DNA of 47,331 nt from an uncultured Legionellales bacterium (GTDB lineage: Bacteria; Pseudomonadota; Gammaproteobacteria; Eutrophobiales; Eutrophobiaceae). Numbering within the stretch: the first letter of the stretch is position 1; the number at the start of each line of letters is the position of its first letter. Below, piece by piece: positions 9,464 to 19,314 of the stretch. The notes under the pieces were generated by a model. It saw nothing but the letters and a program-made list of their open reading frames with translations. It ran no database searches and was not told where the DNA came from. The stretch is from assembly GCA_913045195.1 (NCBI GenBank), contig CAJWQR010000005.1:1-47331 (forward strand), given 5' to 3'. The position numbers were made by a program, and so were the translations under genes.

Positions 9464-10390
9464 TTAATTTGGTTCAATAGAGCAGAGATGACGCTTTACT
9501 GCAATCCAGGAACCGAGTAAACCAAGTAATATAGCAAAACCAAATAAACAAAGTGTATTTATGAGCCCGAGCCCCGTTAATTGAAAATTACTGGCGTATA
9601 GAATTGATAGGTTATTTACGGGCCCACTCAACATTTGCATTGATACACTAACTAGTATCCAGGCAATTGAGCCGCCAAAAATACCGTACCATAAACCACT
9701 ATATAAAAACGGGCGCTGAATAAAGCTGTCAGTTCCCCCAAATAATTTTGTTATTTCAATTTCATTGCGAGAACTGTAAATGGATAAGCGTATGGTGTTG
9801 CCAACAATGAGTAACACCGCGACTGCTAATAGTGTCGATAATATAAAAATGACAAGTTTGACAATATCTATAATCTTCGCCAAACGATTAATCCATTTGC
9901 CATCGTATTGTATATTATCAACCTCAGGCATTGCCCTCAATTCCTCAACTAAACGTTTAGTTTTAGATTCGTCAAAATATTTATATGTTGGTTTTACTAA
10001 TACGACATTTGGGAAGGGGTTTTCATCGGTCACGCTAAGCACATCAGTAAAGCCGGATAGTTTTTTATATTCAGCTAATGCCTTATCTTTTTTTATTAAA
10101 ATTATATCAGCGATATCATTACGCTTAGATATTTGTTTTGCAAAATCTGTTGCTTGTTGTTCATCAATTGTTGTCTCTAAGAATATATTTATTTCAACAG
10201 CATTATCCCAGCCAGAAGAAACAATTTGAGCATTACTAAGAAAAACATAAAAACCTGCTGGGAATGCCAGGGAAATACCGATTACAATTGTAGTTAAAAT
10301 ATTGTTAACGGGGTTTTTTGCATACTGGCCTAGACTAAAAAAGAATGCCTGCGCATGCTGGGTTAACCAAGTTTTTATAAATTGATTCAA
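9464..10390 (-). CDS. ftsX: cell division permease FtsX
   Basis: LLIVGNTIRL, EIEITKLFGGTDSFIQRPFLY, 4-TM layout, TTG start. Confidence 0.95.
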   Translation of the reverse strand: MNQFIKTWLTQHAQAFFFSLGQYAKNPVNNILTTIVIGISLAFPAGFYVFLSNAQIVSSGWDNAVEINIFLETTIDEQQATDFAKQISKRNDIADIILIKKDKALAEYKKLSGFTDVLSVTDENPFPNVVLVKPTYKYFDESKTKRLVEELRAMPEVDNIQYDGKWINRLAKIIDIVKLVIFILSTLLAVAVLLIVGNTIRLSIYSSRNEIEITKLFGGTDSFIQRPFLYSGLWYGIFGGSIAWILVSVSMQMLSGPVNNLSILYASNFQLTGLGLINTLCLFGFAILLGLLGSWIAVKRHLCSIEPN

Positions 10391-10413
10391 TTGATTATTT
10401 AAAGTTTTTATTT

Positions 10414-11100
10414 TTAATGGTTAATATAATTTTTATTATTATCGCCCACATCTAGAATACGCCCGCCATCCAAAATAATAATTCTTTTATTCATATGTTT
10501 GATCATATCAAGCTCATGACTTGCAATTAGTACAGTTACCCCAACTTGATTAAACTGTTCAAACAGTTTCATCATGTCCCATGAAAGCGCAGGGTCAAGA
10601 TTTCCAGTTGGCTCATCAGCAAGAAGAACTGCGGGTCGATGCACTACTGCCCGAGCGACACCAACACGTTGTTGTTCTCCTCCGGATAACTCCACAGGAC
10701 AATTGTTAATTTTTGATAATAAGCCAACCTTATCGAGCGCCGCGTGCACTCTTCTTTTTACTTCTTGGTGATTGCCGCCAGAAATAACCAGGGGCAATGC
10801 CACATTATCAAAAATAGTTCTATCATTAAGTAATCTGTGGTTTTGAAAAATAAAACCGATATTTCTTCGAAATATTGGTATACGATTATTTTTAATTCTT
10901 TCTAGGCTCTGCCCTTTTACTATTATTTGGCCACGCGTATGGCGGTCAATTAAATTTATTAGTTTTAGTAAAGTACTTTTACCCGCGCCAGAACGACCAC
11001 TAACATAAACCATTTCTCCCTTATTGATATTTAAATTAATATTTTGCAGTGCTTTATTACCGCTTGGATAAGTCATAAATACATTAGTGAATTGAATCAT
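10414..11100 (-). CDS. ftsE: cell division ATP-binding protein FtsE
   Basis: GRSGAGKST, LSGGEQQRV, LLADEPTGNLD. Lies between ftsY and ftsX. Confidence 0.96.
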   Translation of the reverse strand: MIQFTNVFMTYPSGNKALQNINLNINKGEMVYVSGRSGAGKSTLLKLINLIDRHTRGQIIVKGQSLERIKNNRIPIFRRNIGFIFQNHRLLNDRTIFDNVALPLVISGGNHQEVKRRVHAALDKVGLLSKINNCPVELSGGEQQRVGVARAVVHRPAVLLADEPTGNLDPALSWDMMKLFEQFNQVGVTVLIASHELDMIKHMNKRIIILDGGRILDVGDNNKNYINH

Positions 11101-12053
11101 GAATTATTTTCCAATAAAGCATCAATAAACTCGGTGGCTTTGAACTTTTGTAAATCATCAATTTTTTCGCCTATTCCTATAAACTTGATTGGAATATTTA
11201 ATTCATCTGCGAGTCTAAAAACAATACCGCCTTTTGCGGTACCATCTAGTTTAGTTAAAATAATGCCATCTACACCAATACTTTCCTTAAATTGCTTCGT
11301 TTGAGTCACTGCATTTTGTCCTGTACCAGCATCTAGTACTAATAGTATTTCTTTTTTTATTGTTATGTCGAACTTATCACTAATTCTGTTAATTTTTTTT
11401 ATTTCATCCATAAGGTTTTTTTTATTATGTAAACGCCCAGCTGTATCAACAATTAATACGTCAATATTGTTAGCACGGGCAGATTGAAGTGCATCATAGA
11501 TAACCGCCCCAGGGTCAGAGCCGTTAATTTGCGATATAACTTTTACGTTATTACGTTCACCCCATATATTTAATTGCTCGGTTGCTGCTGCACGAAATGT
11601 ATCTGCGGCAGCCAAAAGAACACTTTTATTTTCCGATTTTATATATTTAGTAAGTTTGCCAACTGTTGTTGTTTTTCCAACGCCATTAACACCAACAACT
11701 AGGACTAAATATGGTTTACTTATATTTTTTGGTATTGTGAAATTTTGTTCTACGGATTTAAGTAAGGGCAATAAAGCTTGTTTTATTTGTTCGTTAAAAC
11801 AGAGAACATCAGATTTTTTTTTAATAGTAGCTGTTAATAGGCGAATGATCAGATCAGTTGTTTTGATTCCAACGTCAGCAAGTAAAAATCTATCCTCAAG
11901 CTCATTAATAATGGTATCATCGATAGGTGTTTTCTTACTAAATAGCATGCCAAAGAGGCTAGCTCTCGTTTGTTTAAGCTGAACTGAAAGCGACGACGTC
12001 TCAGTCTTATTCTCTGATTTTAGTTTTTTGCTATTTTTTTTAAAATCAAACAC
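11097..12053 (-). CDS. ftsY: SRP receptor FtsY (short form)
   Basis: [35 protein letters not shown] start. Confidence 0.96.
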   Translation of the reverse strand: MFDFKKNSKKLKSENKTETSSLSVQLKQTRASLFGMLFSKKTPIDDTIINELEDRFLLADVGIKTTDLIIRLLTATIKKKSDVLCFNEQIKQALLPLLKSVEQNFTIPKNISKPYLVLVVGVNGVGKTTTVGKLTKYIKSENKSVLLAAADTFRAAATEQLNIWGERNNVKVISQINGSDPGAVIYDALQSARANNIDVLIVDTAGRLHNKKNLMDEIKKINRISDKFDITIKKEILLVLDAGTGQNAVTQTKQFKESIGVDGIILTKLDGTAKGGIVFRLADELNIPIKFIGIGEKIDDLQKFKATEFIDALLENNS

Positions 12054-12114
12054 AGAAATAGTTTTTTATCATGACGCAATGAATTTTAAAAGTACCTTAT
12101 TATTAAGCAATATT

Positions 12115-12141
12115 GAACTTAATAATATTGAAATATTCTAA
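12115..12141 (+). promoter_or_regulatory. sigmaE (RpoE/AlgU)-type promoter of the M16 peptidase operon
   Basis: GAACTT-N16-TCTAA exact consensus, ending 48 nt before the ATG at 12190. Confidence 0.65.
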
Positions 12142-12189
12142 AAATACGCCCGATGTTACAAAATTTAATACTAAATTAAACAAAAAGTA

Positions 12190-13590
12190 ATGAAACATTA
12201 TTGGTTAAAAATGGAAGCTATATTTTTAGTCCTGGTTTTGATAATTCCAGGCAATACATTGGCGCGCGTGTATGAATATGAGCTTGATAACGGCCTTAAG
12301 CTTTTAGTTAAGGAAGACCATCGTGCGCCTGTTGTTGTTACACAGGTATGGTATAAGGTTGGTGGTAGTTATGAGTATGACGGTGTAACTGGAATATCAC
12401 ATGCCTTAGAGCACATGATGTTTAAAGGAACAGAGAAATTCCCCCCTGGCGAATTTTCACGAATAATCTCAGAAAATGGCGGTCGTGATAATGCTTTTAC
12501 CGGCCCAGACTACACTAGTTATTTTCAAACACTCGAAAAAACACGATTGCCAATTAGTTTCGAATTAGAGGCAGATAGAATGCGGCATTTAAAATTATCT
12601 AATGAGGAATTTATAAAAGAGATTGAAGTAGTAAAGGAGGAGCGGCGCTGGCGTACTGAAGATAACCCGCAATCTTTTTTATATGAGACGGCAAAAGCAA
12701 CGGCCTTTCAAACTAGCCCATACCGTTTCCCTGTAGTTGGTTGGATGCAGGATTTAAGTAGTATGACAATTAATGATTTGAGTTCTTGGTATAAGAAATG
12801 GTATGCACCAAACAATGCAACTGTCGTTGTTGTTGGCGATGTAGATCCAAATTATGTTTACGCGTTAGCCTATGAATATTTTTCTCCACTGCCAGCCGGA
12901 GAGCCAATAAAAATAAACGAACATAAAGAGGTTCCTCAGCAAGGCACAAAACGTATTACTGTAAAACGCCCAGCTGAACTTCCGAGCATAATGATGGCGT
13001 ATAAAACTCCTGTTATAAAACCACAAGATAAACATCAAACTGAATATGATTGGGAACCCTACGCTCTAGAGGTATTGGCCGGAATATTAGATGGCGGTAA
13101 CAGCGCAAGAATTGCGAGTCGTTTAGTTAGGGGCAACGAAGTTGCAGCTGGCGCAAGCGCAAGCTATCAAATAGCTTCGCGCTTAGATAATTTGTTTACC
13201 TTGTCGGGGATACCTGCAGAAGGCAAGTCAATACAAGAACTTGAGGTTGCGTTTAGAAATGAGATATTAGATTTACAAACACATTTAGTCAGCAATGAAG
13301 AATTACAGCGCGTCAAAGCACAAGTAATATCTGCAGATGTTTACGAAAAGGACTCAGTATTTTATCAAGCAATGATAATTGGCATATTAGAAACAGTCGG
13401 TTTATCTTGGGACTTAGCTGACGCATATGTCGATAGAATTAAATCGGTGACTAATGAGCAAGTCTTAGCAGTTGCAAAAAAGTATTTGATTGATGATAGA
13501 TTGACAGTTGCTGATTTGTATCCACTTTCAACTAAAGATAAATCTAGTAAAATAAGATCGACAATTAAAGGAAACACTCGTGCGCATTAG
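12190..13590 (+). CDS. M16 (pitrilysin) family zinc peptidase, catalytic subunit
   Basis: Signal peptide, inverted zincin motif HALEH (HxxEH), NAFT, VVKEERR, WYAPNNA. Confidence 0.93.
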   Translation: MKHYWLKMEAIFLVLVLIIPGNTLARVYEYELDNGLKLLVKEDHRAPVVVTQVWYKVGGSYEYDGVTGISHALEHMMFKGTEKFPPGEFSRIISENGGRDNAFTGPDYTSYFQTLEKTRLPISFELEADRMRHLKLSNEEFIKEIEVVKEERRWRTEDNPQSFLYETAKATAFQTSPYRFPVVGWMQDLSSMTINDLSSWYKKWYAPNNATVVVVGDVDPNYVYALAYEYFSPLPAGEPIKINEHKEVPQQGTKRITVKRPAELPSIMMAYKTPVIKPQDKHQTEYDWEPYALEVLAGILDGGNSARIASRLVRGNEVAAGASASYQIASRLDNLFTLSGIPAEGKSIQELEVAFRNEILDLQTHLVSNEELQRVKAQVISADVYEKDSVFYQAMIIGILETVGLSWDLADAYVDRIKSVTNEQVLAVAKKYLIDDRLTVADLYPLSTKDKSSKIRSTIKGNTRAH

Positions 13591-14896
13591 TACTATTTTC
13601 TTTTTTATTATTTTTTATGTAAACACCGCACTAGCGTCGCCAAATATAGAATATTGGACAACGGGCGCAGGCGCTGAGGTTTACTATGTGCATGCTCCAG
13701 AACTGCCCATGGTAGATATACAAATTGTTTTTGATGCAGGCAGTAGCCGCGATGAAGATACATTGGGGATTGCGATGCTAACAAATAGTTTGTTAGCAGA
13801 TGGCGCAGGCGGCGATGATGCCGATAAGATAAGCAATGATTTTGAATCGCTAGGCGCAATTTACGCGACAGATATTAGTTATGATTCGGCTTCTTTACAG
13901 TTACGCTCACTTACTGAAAGTGGATTGCTGAAAAGCGCAATTATAAATCTTAAGAAAGTTTTATCTTCTCCAGATTTTCCTACAGATGCTTTAGAGCGAA
14001 GACGCTCACAAATGCTAATTGGAATAAAAGCAAAACAACAGTCACCAGCCGCGATAGCAAAAGATGCGTTTATGAAGGCGACATATCAATCTCACCCCTA
14101 CGCGAAACCAAGCGAGGGTACTGAGACAAGCGTAAAAGCAATTAAGAGAAAAGATATTGTTTCGTTTTATAAGAAACACTACACCGCAAAAAATTCCATG
14201 ATTGCGATTGTTGGCGCGGTTAGTCATGAGTTAGCGAAACAAATATCAGAGGATATCTCAGCTGCATTTCAAGACGGAGAAAAAGCAAGTTCGATAAGAG
14301 CTGTGGAGAAATTAGAGGAACCACAAAGTATTTTTATCGAATATCCGTCAGCACAAACACATATACTCGTTGGCCAACCTGGTGTGAAGCGAGGTGATTC
14401 CGATTATTTTCCGTTATATGTTGGCAATCATATTCTTGGCGGAGGAGGTATGGTGTCAAGATTATTTGAAGAAATTAGAGAAAAGCGAGGGTTGTCATAT
14501 AGTGCATATAGTTATTTTTCGCCAATGCTTTTTAAAGGACCTTTCACTGCAGGACTGCAAACAAAAACAGACCAAGCCGATGAAGCACTTTCTGTTTTAT
14601 TAGAGAATATTAAAAATTATATTGCACAAGGGCCAACAGAAGAAGAATTAATTGCTGCAAAGAAAAATATTACCGGCGGATATCCATTACGTATCGATAG
14701 TAATAGCAAGATTTTAAATTATGTGGTCGTGATTGGTTATTATAAATTACCACTCGATTATCTTGAAACATTTAATAATAATGTTGAGGCAGTTACTATT
14801 GAAAGTATCAAAGATGCCTTTAAACGGCGACTTTCCCCAGACAAGCTTGTTATGGTAAAAGTTGGCGTGTCTTCAAATAAAAAAAGCGAAGATTAG
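13580..14896 (+). CDS. M16 family peptidase, non-catalytic partner subunit
   Basis: Signal peptide, HxxEH position replaced by MLTNS, SRLFEEIREKRGLSY. Overlaps the preceding gene. Confidence 0.9.
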   Translation: MRISTIFFFIIFYVNTALASPNIEYWTTGAGAEVYYVHAPELPMVDIQIVFDAGSSRDEDTLGIAMLTNSLLADGAGGDDADKISNDFESLGAIYATDISYDSASLQLRSLTESGLLKSAIINLKKVLSSPDFPTDALERRRSQMLIGIKAKQQSPAAIAKDAFMKATYQSHPYAKPSEGTETSVKAIKRKDIVSFYKKHYTAKNSMIAIVGAVSHELAKQISEDISAAFQDGEKASSIRAVEKLEEPQSIFIEYPSAQTHILVGQPGVKRGDSDYFPLYVGNHILGGGGMVSRLFEEIREKRGLSYSAYSYFSPMLFKGPFTAGLQTKTDQADEALSVLLENIKNYIAQGPTEEELIAAKKNITGGYPLRIDSNSKILNYVVVIGYYKLPLDYLETFNNNVEAVTIESIKDAFKRRLSPDKLVMVKVGVSSNKKSED

Positions 14897-14902
14897 TGAG
14901 AC

Positions 14903-15460
14903 TTGGATAGTCCTTCAAAGATTCGTATTGTTGGCGGTAAATGGCGCGGTAGAAAATTAAATGTAATTAATATGCCCGGTTTAAGGCCTACCCAGGATCG
15001 AACTCGGGAGACATTATTTAATTGGCTACAAGGAAAAATTGTTGGTGCTCGTTGTCTTGATTTGTTTTCTGGTACAGGCGCACTTGCTTTTGAAGCATTA
15101 TCTCGCGGCGCAGCTGAAGTTATAATGGTTGAATCTAACGCGAAGATTGTAGAAACTTTGAACCAAACAGCTGAGATTTTTGGGGGTAAATCGCATCAAA
15201 TTGTACGTGACGACGCCGTAAGATGGGTTAGGAATAGCCCTAAAGTTTTCGATATTATTTTTCTTGATCCTCCATTTGGTCATGGGTATATAGAAAAATG
15301 TTGCCAAATGATTATTGAACAGTCATCGTTGGCTGATAATGGAATAGTTTACATAGAGTCAGAAAAAAATATAAATATACCTCCAATGTTTAAAATAAAT
15401 AAAATGACTCAAATAGGCCAAGCACAATCAATATTGGCTGAATTGAATCGAGAGAGCTAA
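14903..15460 (+). CDS. rsmD: 16S rRNA m2G966 methyltransferase
   Basis: IRIVGGKWRGR, LRPT, RETLFNWL, LDLFSGTG, FLDPPF. Confidence 0.96.
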   Translation: MDSPSKIRIVGGKWRGRKLNVINMPGLRPTQDRTRETLFNWLQGKIVGARCLDLFSGTGALAFEALSRGAAEVIMVESNAKIVETLNQTAEIFGGKSHQIVRDDAVRWVRNSPKVFDIIFLDPPFGHGYIEKCCQMIIEQSSLADNGIVYIESEKNINIPPMFKINKMTQIGQAQSILAELNRES

Positions 15461-15461
15461 T

Positions 15462-15938
15462 ATGGTGACAGCAATTTATCCAGGTACTTTTGACCCCATA
15501 ACAAATGGACATATAGACATTGCTCAGCGTGCGGCTAAATTATTTGATGAAGTTATTATTGCTGTTGCAGAAAAACCGACAGAAAAAACATTGTTTACGA
15601 AGGATGAAAGATTATCTTTTGTAAATAATCTGTTTTCTAATATTGGCAATATTAAATCAATTTCTTTTGATGGATTAGTTACCGATCTAGCCCGGGAAAA
15701 ATCAGCGAAAATCCTTGTTCGTGGGGTGCGTACAATTTTAGATTTTGATTATGAATTTAAAATGGCTGGGATGAATAAAAAATTATACACGGATATTGAG
15801 ACAGTATTCTTAACGCCTACAGAAAATTTTAATTATATATCATCGAGTCTTGTGCGTGAAATAGCAGTTTTGGGTGGGGATGTTAGTTTATTTGTACCCC
15901 AGTCTATTCAATTAGCTTTAAAGGAAAAATTCTCTTAA
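15462..15938 (+). CDS. coaD: phosphopantetheine adenylyltransferase
   Basis: YPGTFDPITNGH, ISSSLVREIA. Confidence 0.97.
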   Translation: MVTAIYPGTFDPITNGHIDIAQRAAKLFDEVIIAVAEKPTEKTLFTKDERLSFVNNLFSNIGNIKSISFDGLVTDLAREKSAKILVRGVRTILDFDYEFKMAGMNKKLYTDIETVFLTPTENFNYISSSLVREIAVLGGDVSLFVPQSIQLALKEKFS

Positions 15939-15947
15939 TAGTTCTTC

Positions 15948-17636
15948 ATGAAAAATAATACTCGTAATTATTTTTCTTTTGTTCTTTTATATATATTTTC
16001 TACATTTGTCTACGGCGGTAACGTCAACCAATCAGCAGTTGTAACTGCACACCAAATAGCAACCCGTACCGGCTTAGAAATACTTAAAAAAGGCGGGAAT
16101 GCCTTTGATGCCGCAGCCGCGATAACTGCATCATTGGCAGTGGTTGAGCCATATGGTTCAGGTTTAGGCGGAGGTGGTTTTTGGCTGCTGCATCGTAGCT
16201 CAGACAACAAACAGGTTGTTCTTGATGGACGCGAAATGGCGCCAATGCGAAGTCGAAAAGATATGTATTTAGATAAAGATGGTAATATTCTTAGTGGCCT
16301 TTCGTTAAATGGCCCAATGGCAGCAGGCATACCTGGTGTTGTTGCGGGGATAGATTATTTAGTTACTCACTATGGCCAACTAAGTTTACAAGATATTTTA
16401 GCGCCCGCCACTCAACAAGCAAAAAATGGTTTTATTGTTACCGAACGTTATCAAAAATTAATACGGTACAGAAAGAATATACTACAACAATATGTAGGCA
16501 CAGCAGCTATTTTTTTAAAAAACAATAAAATTCCTAAAATAGGAGATTTCATTGTACAAAACGACCTCGCAAAAACATTAAGCATGATTTCTGAAAATGG
16601 AAGCAAGGGTTTTTATCAGGGTGTCTTTGCTCAGAAAATGGTTAATAGTGTTCAGGAAAATGGCGGTATATGGGAAACATATGATTTAGAAAACTACAAA
16701 ATCATTGAGCGAGAACCAGTTACTGTAAATTATAAAGGAATTAAGGTTACGTCAGTCCCCCCTCCTTCTTCAGGAGGAATTGTTCTTGGGCAAGCACTAA
16801 ACATTTTAGAAAAATTTGATTTAACACAATATAATAGTGTTACACGTAAGCATATTATTATAGAGGCAATGAGGCGTGCATACCGCGACCGGGCGGCATA
16901 TTTAGGCGATTCTGATTTTGTTGATATACCAATCAATAGACTGTTAGATAAAAATTATGCTGAAGGATTAGCATTAACAATTGATATCAACCGCGCAACA
17001 CCAAGTAAAGAGTTAGGAACTATAGCGGTTACAAATAGCACAGGAACAAATACAACCCATTTTTCAGTACTTGATAAATACGGCAATAGAGTTGCATCTA
17101 CATTAAGCATTAATCTGCCGTTTGGTTCTGGTTTTGTGGTAGAGGGAACCGGTGTTTTGCTTAATAATGAAATGGATGATTTTACTATTAAACCTTTTGC
17201 TGCTAATACTTATGGTTTAGTAGGATATCAGGCCAATGCTATTCATCCAGGCAAGCGTCCTTTATCAAGTATGACGCCAACATTTGTTGAGTCCGACGAC
17301 CGTATTGGTATTTTAGGCACCCCCGGCGGCAGCCGAATTATTAGCATGGTTTTATTAGCTATTTTGGATTTTGCGGCAGGAGAGTTACCAGGGTCATGGG
17401 TTAATCTCCCACGCTATCATCATCAATATATTCCTGATTTAGTGCAATATGAGAAAGGCGGCTTCTCAAAGGATGAAAAAAGCAAATTAATATTAAAAGG
17501 GCACAAATTAAAGGAAATAAAACGAAGGTACGGGAATATGCAAGCCATCATGCAATGGAAGAGCAGGAATGTTAATTTTGTTGCAAGCGACCCTAGAGGC
17601 GAAGGAACCGCTGAGACAATTAATTCTTATCAATAG
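15948..17636 (+). CDS. ggt: gamma-glutamyltransferase
   Basis: GGNAFDAA, nucleophile TTHFS, LNNEMDDF, PLSSM, GTPGG. Confidence 0.96.
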   Translation: MKNNTRNYFSFVLLYIFSTFVYGGNVNQSAVVTAHQIATRTGLEILKKGGNAFDAAAAITASLAVVEPYGSGLGGGGFWLLHRSSDNKQVVLDGREMAPMRSRKDMYLDKDGNILSGLSLNGPMAAGIPGVVAGIDYLVTHYGQLSLQDILAPATQQAKNGFIVTERYQKLIRYRKNILQQYVGTAAIFLKNNKIPKIGDFIVQNDLAKTLSMISENGSKGFYQGVFAQKMVNSVQENGGIWETYDLENYKIIEREPVTVNYKGIKVTSVPPPSSGGIVLGQALNILEKFDLTQYNSVTRKHIIIEAMRRAYRDRAAYLGDSDFVDIPINRLLDKNYAEGLALTIDINRATPSKELGTIAVTNSTGTNTTHFSVLDKYGNRVASTLSINLPFGSGFVVEGTGVLLNNEMDDFTIKPFAANTYGLVGYQANAIHPGKRPLSSMTPTFVESDDRIGILGTPGGSRIISMVLLAILDFAAGELPGSWVNLPRYHHQYIPDLVQYEKGGFSKDEKSKLILKGHKLKEIKRRYGNMQAIMQWKSRNVNFVASDPRGEGTAETINSYQ

Positions 17637-17649
17637 CTTGTTTAAAATC

Positions 17650-18465
17650 TTAAGTCTGGCAAAAATCGCAATAGAAAGTAGATCTTTGATTCTGTCGAAT
17701 CATTTTTATTTTTCTTTTACATTCTATGCATGATTTTCCGGCACGGTTATAAATTTTTAGTTCATTCGAAAAGTACCCCGGCATACCATTTCCATTAACA
17801 AAATCACGCAATGTTGTTCCCCCTTTATCTATGGCTTTTGATAAAATAGTTTCAATCGATCTTATTAGTTTTCTATAGCGTAATTTCGATATTTTATTAG
17901 CTTTTAGCTTCGGGTTAATGCCCGATAAGAATAAAGCTTCATTTGCATAAATGTTCCCAATACCTACAACGATAGAATTATTCATAATAAATGATTTAAT
18001 AGATAGTGAGCGTTTTCTAGACTTGGCATACAAATAATCAGTATTAAATTTGTCACTAAGTGGTTCTGGGCCAAGATGGGCAATTAATCTGTGGGTCATA
18101 GGGTCTTGGTTTGTCCACAAGATAGAACCAAATTTTCTCGGGTCGTGAAATCGCAGTAAATATCCGGACTCAAAAATAAAATCAACATGGTCATGTTTTA
18201 TATGCGGCTCATTGTCTTTGATTACACGTAAACTGCCGGACATTCCAAGATGTATAATCAAAAAACCCTTTTTTGTTTTAAATAAAAGATATTTTGCACG
18301 ACGTGTTATTTTTTCAATACATTGATTTTTAAGTAAACGTTTTAAATTTTTTGGAATTAACCATCTCAACCGGCGTTCACGAATAATGACATCTTTTATA
18401 CATGCACCAACAATATAAGGCGCAATACCTTTTCTAGTTGTTTCTACTTCAGGAAGTTCTGGCAT
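17650..18465 (-). CDS. mutM: formamidopyrimidine-DNA glycosylase
   Basis: MPELPEVE, HLGMSG, GIGNIYANE, C-terminal C4 zinc finger. Confidence 0.98.
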   Translation of the reverse strand: MPELPEVETTRKGIAPYIVGACIKDVIIRERRLRWLIPKNLKRLLKNQCIEKITRRAKYLLFKTKKGFLIIHLGMSGSLRVIKDNEPHIKHDHVDFIFESGYLLRFHDPRKFGSILWTNQDPMTHRLIAHLGPEPLSDKFNTDYLYAKSRKRSLSIKSFIMNNSIVVGIGNIYANEALFLSGINPKLKANKISKLRYRKLIRSIETILSKAIDKGGTTLRDFVNGNGMPGYFSNELKIYNRAGKSCIECKRKIKMIRQNQRSTFYCDFCQT

Positions 18466-18497
18466 TTCTACAAAATATTAATTTTGCAAATATTTTT

Positions 18498-19313
18498 TTA
18501 AAACATTTGTTTAGCATCACCCATACTCATATTATATTGAATACCAAGATCTTCTCTACCAAGAATTAGGTATGGGGTAGTAGCGACGATAGCAAAGTTG
18601 ATTTCTTGTCCAGACATTGAATTAATAGTTATTGATTTTTGCCCTTCTTGTTTTTCATATTTACTAACAGAAATTGCAATAATTTCTTTCCATTTGTTTA
18701 TTATTTGCTTAACTTTTTCTTCATCATATTCGGGTATTGATGCCCGCCATTTACCATTATTCAACCGAATAGTATATTCGGGGAATCGAATTGAAATAAT
18801 ATTTATTTTATCTGGTAGTAATTTAGTTTCAGCAAAATAAGCAGCATTGGTTGTTAACTGAGGAAAATGAAAATCATCAATCATGTGAATTTTTTTATTA
18901 AATAAAATATAACGTCTTTGATTAATAGGATTATTAGTTCCAAAAGAAAATTTATTTTCATTTAATTCTAATATAACGGACGGGCTTCTAAGAGCAAACT
19001 GTGCTATGTCAACCTCATCCAAATTGAATTGTTTGTATGACTTTGTTTCAAGAATCTTTAGTATAGATTCAATTCGAGTCCTGTTAGCTTGAAGTTGTAA
19101 TGGCGTACCCATGCTCCATACACCGTCGCTTTTACTAAAAGATAGATTATCAATATTTTTTCTTTGCACGTTGATATTGATGATACTTTTTGGATTTATA
19201 GAAGATAAAGGCAATAATTCATCATCAATTTCATTCTTGTTAAAAAAAATAATTACGGATAGCGAAAAAATAATGACAACTAGAGAAATGTTAATCCATA
19301 TTCTTTGATTCAC
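18498..19313 (-). CDS. DUF4340-like membrane-anchored periplasmic protein
   Basis: Single N-terminal TM, beta-rich domain (W.M..P....AN, FG..NPIN..RY), last gene of the Gld-like module. Start moved to GTG 19313, immediately after the upstream stop. Confidence 0.7.
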   Translation of the reverse strand: MNQRIWINISLVVIIFSLSVIIFFNKNEIDDELLPLSSINPKSIININVQRKNIDNLSFSKSDGVWSMGTPLQLQANRTRIESILKILETKSYKQFNLDEVDIAQFALRSPSVILELNENKFSFGTNNPINQRRYILFNKKIHMIDDFHFPQLTTNAAYFAETKLLPDKINIISIRFPEYTIRLNNGKWRASIPEYDEEKVKQIINKWKEIIAISVSKYEKQEGQKSITINSMSGQEINFAIVATTPYLILGREDLGIQYNMSMGDAKQMF

Positions 19314-19314
19314 G

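Noticed and set aside
18471-18486. CAAAAT-ATTA-ATTTTG inverted repeat before mutM
   Set aside because: Too weak and AT-rich to call as a terminator or operator.
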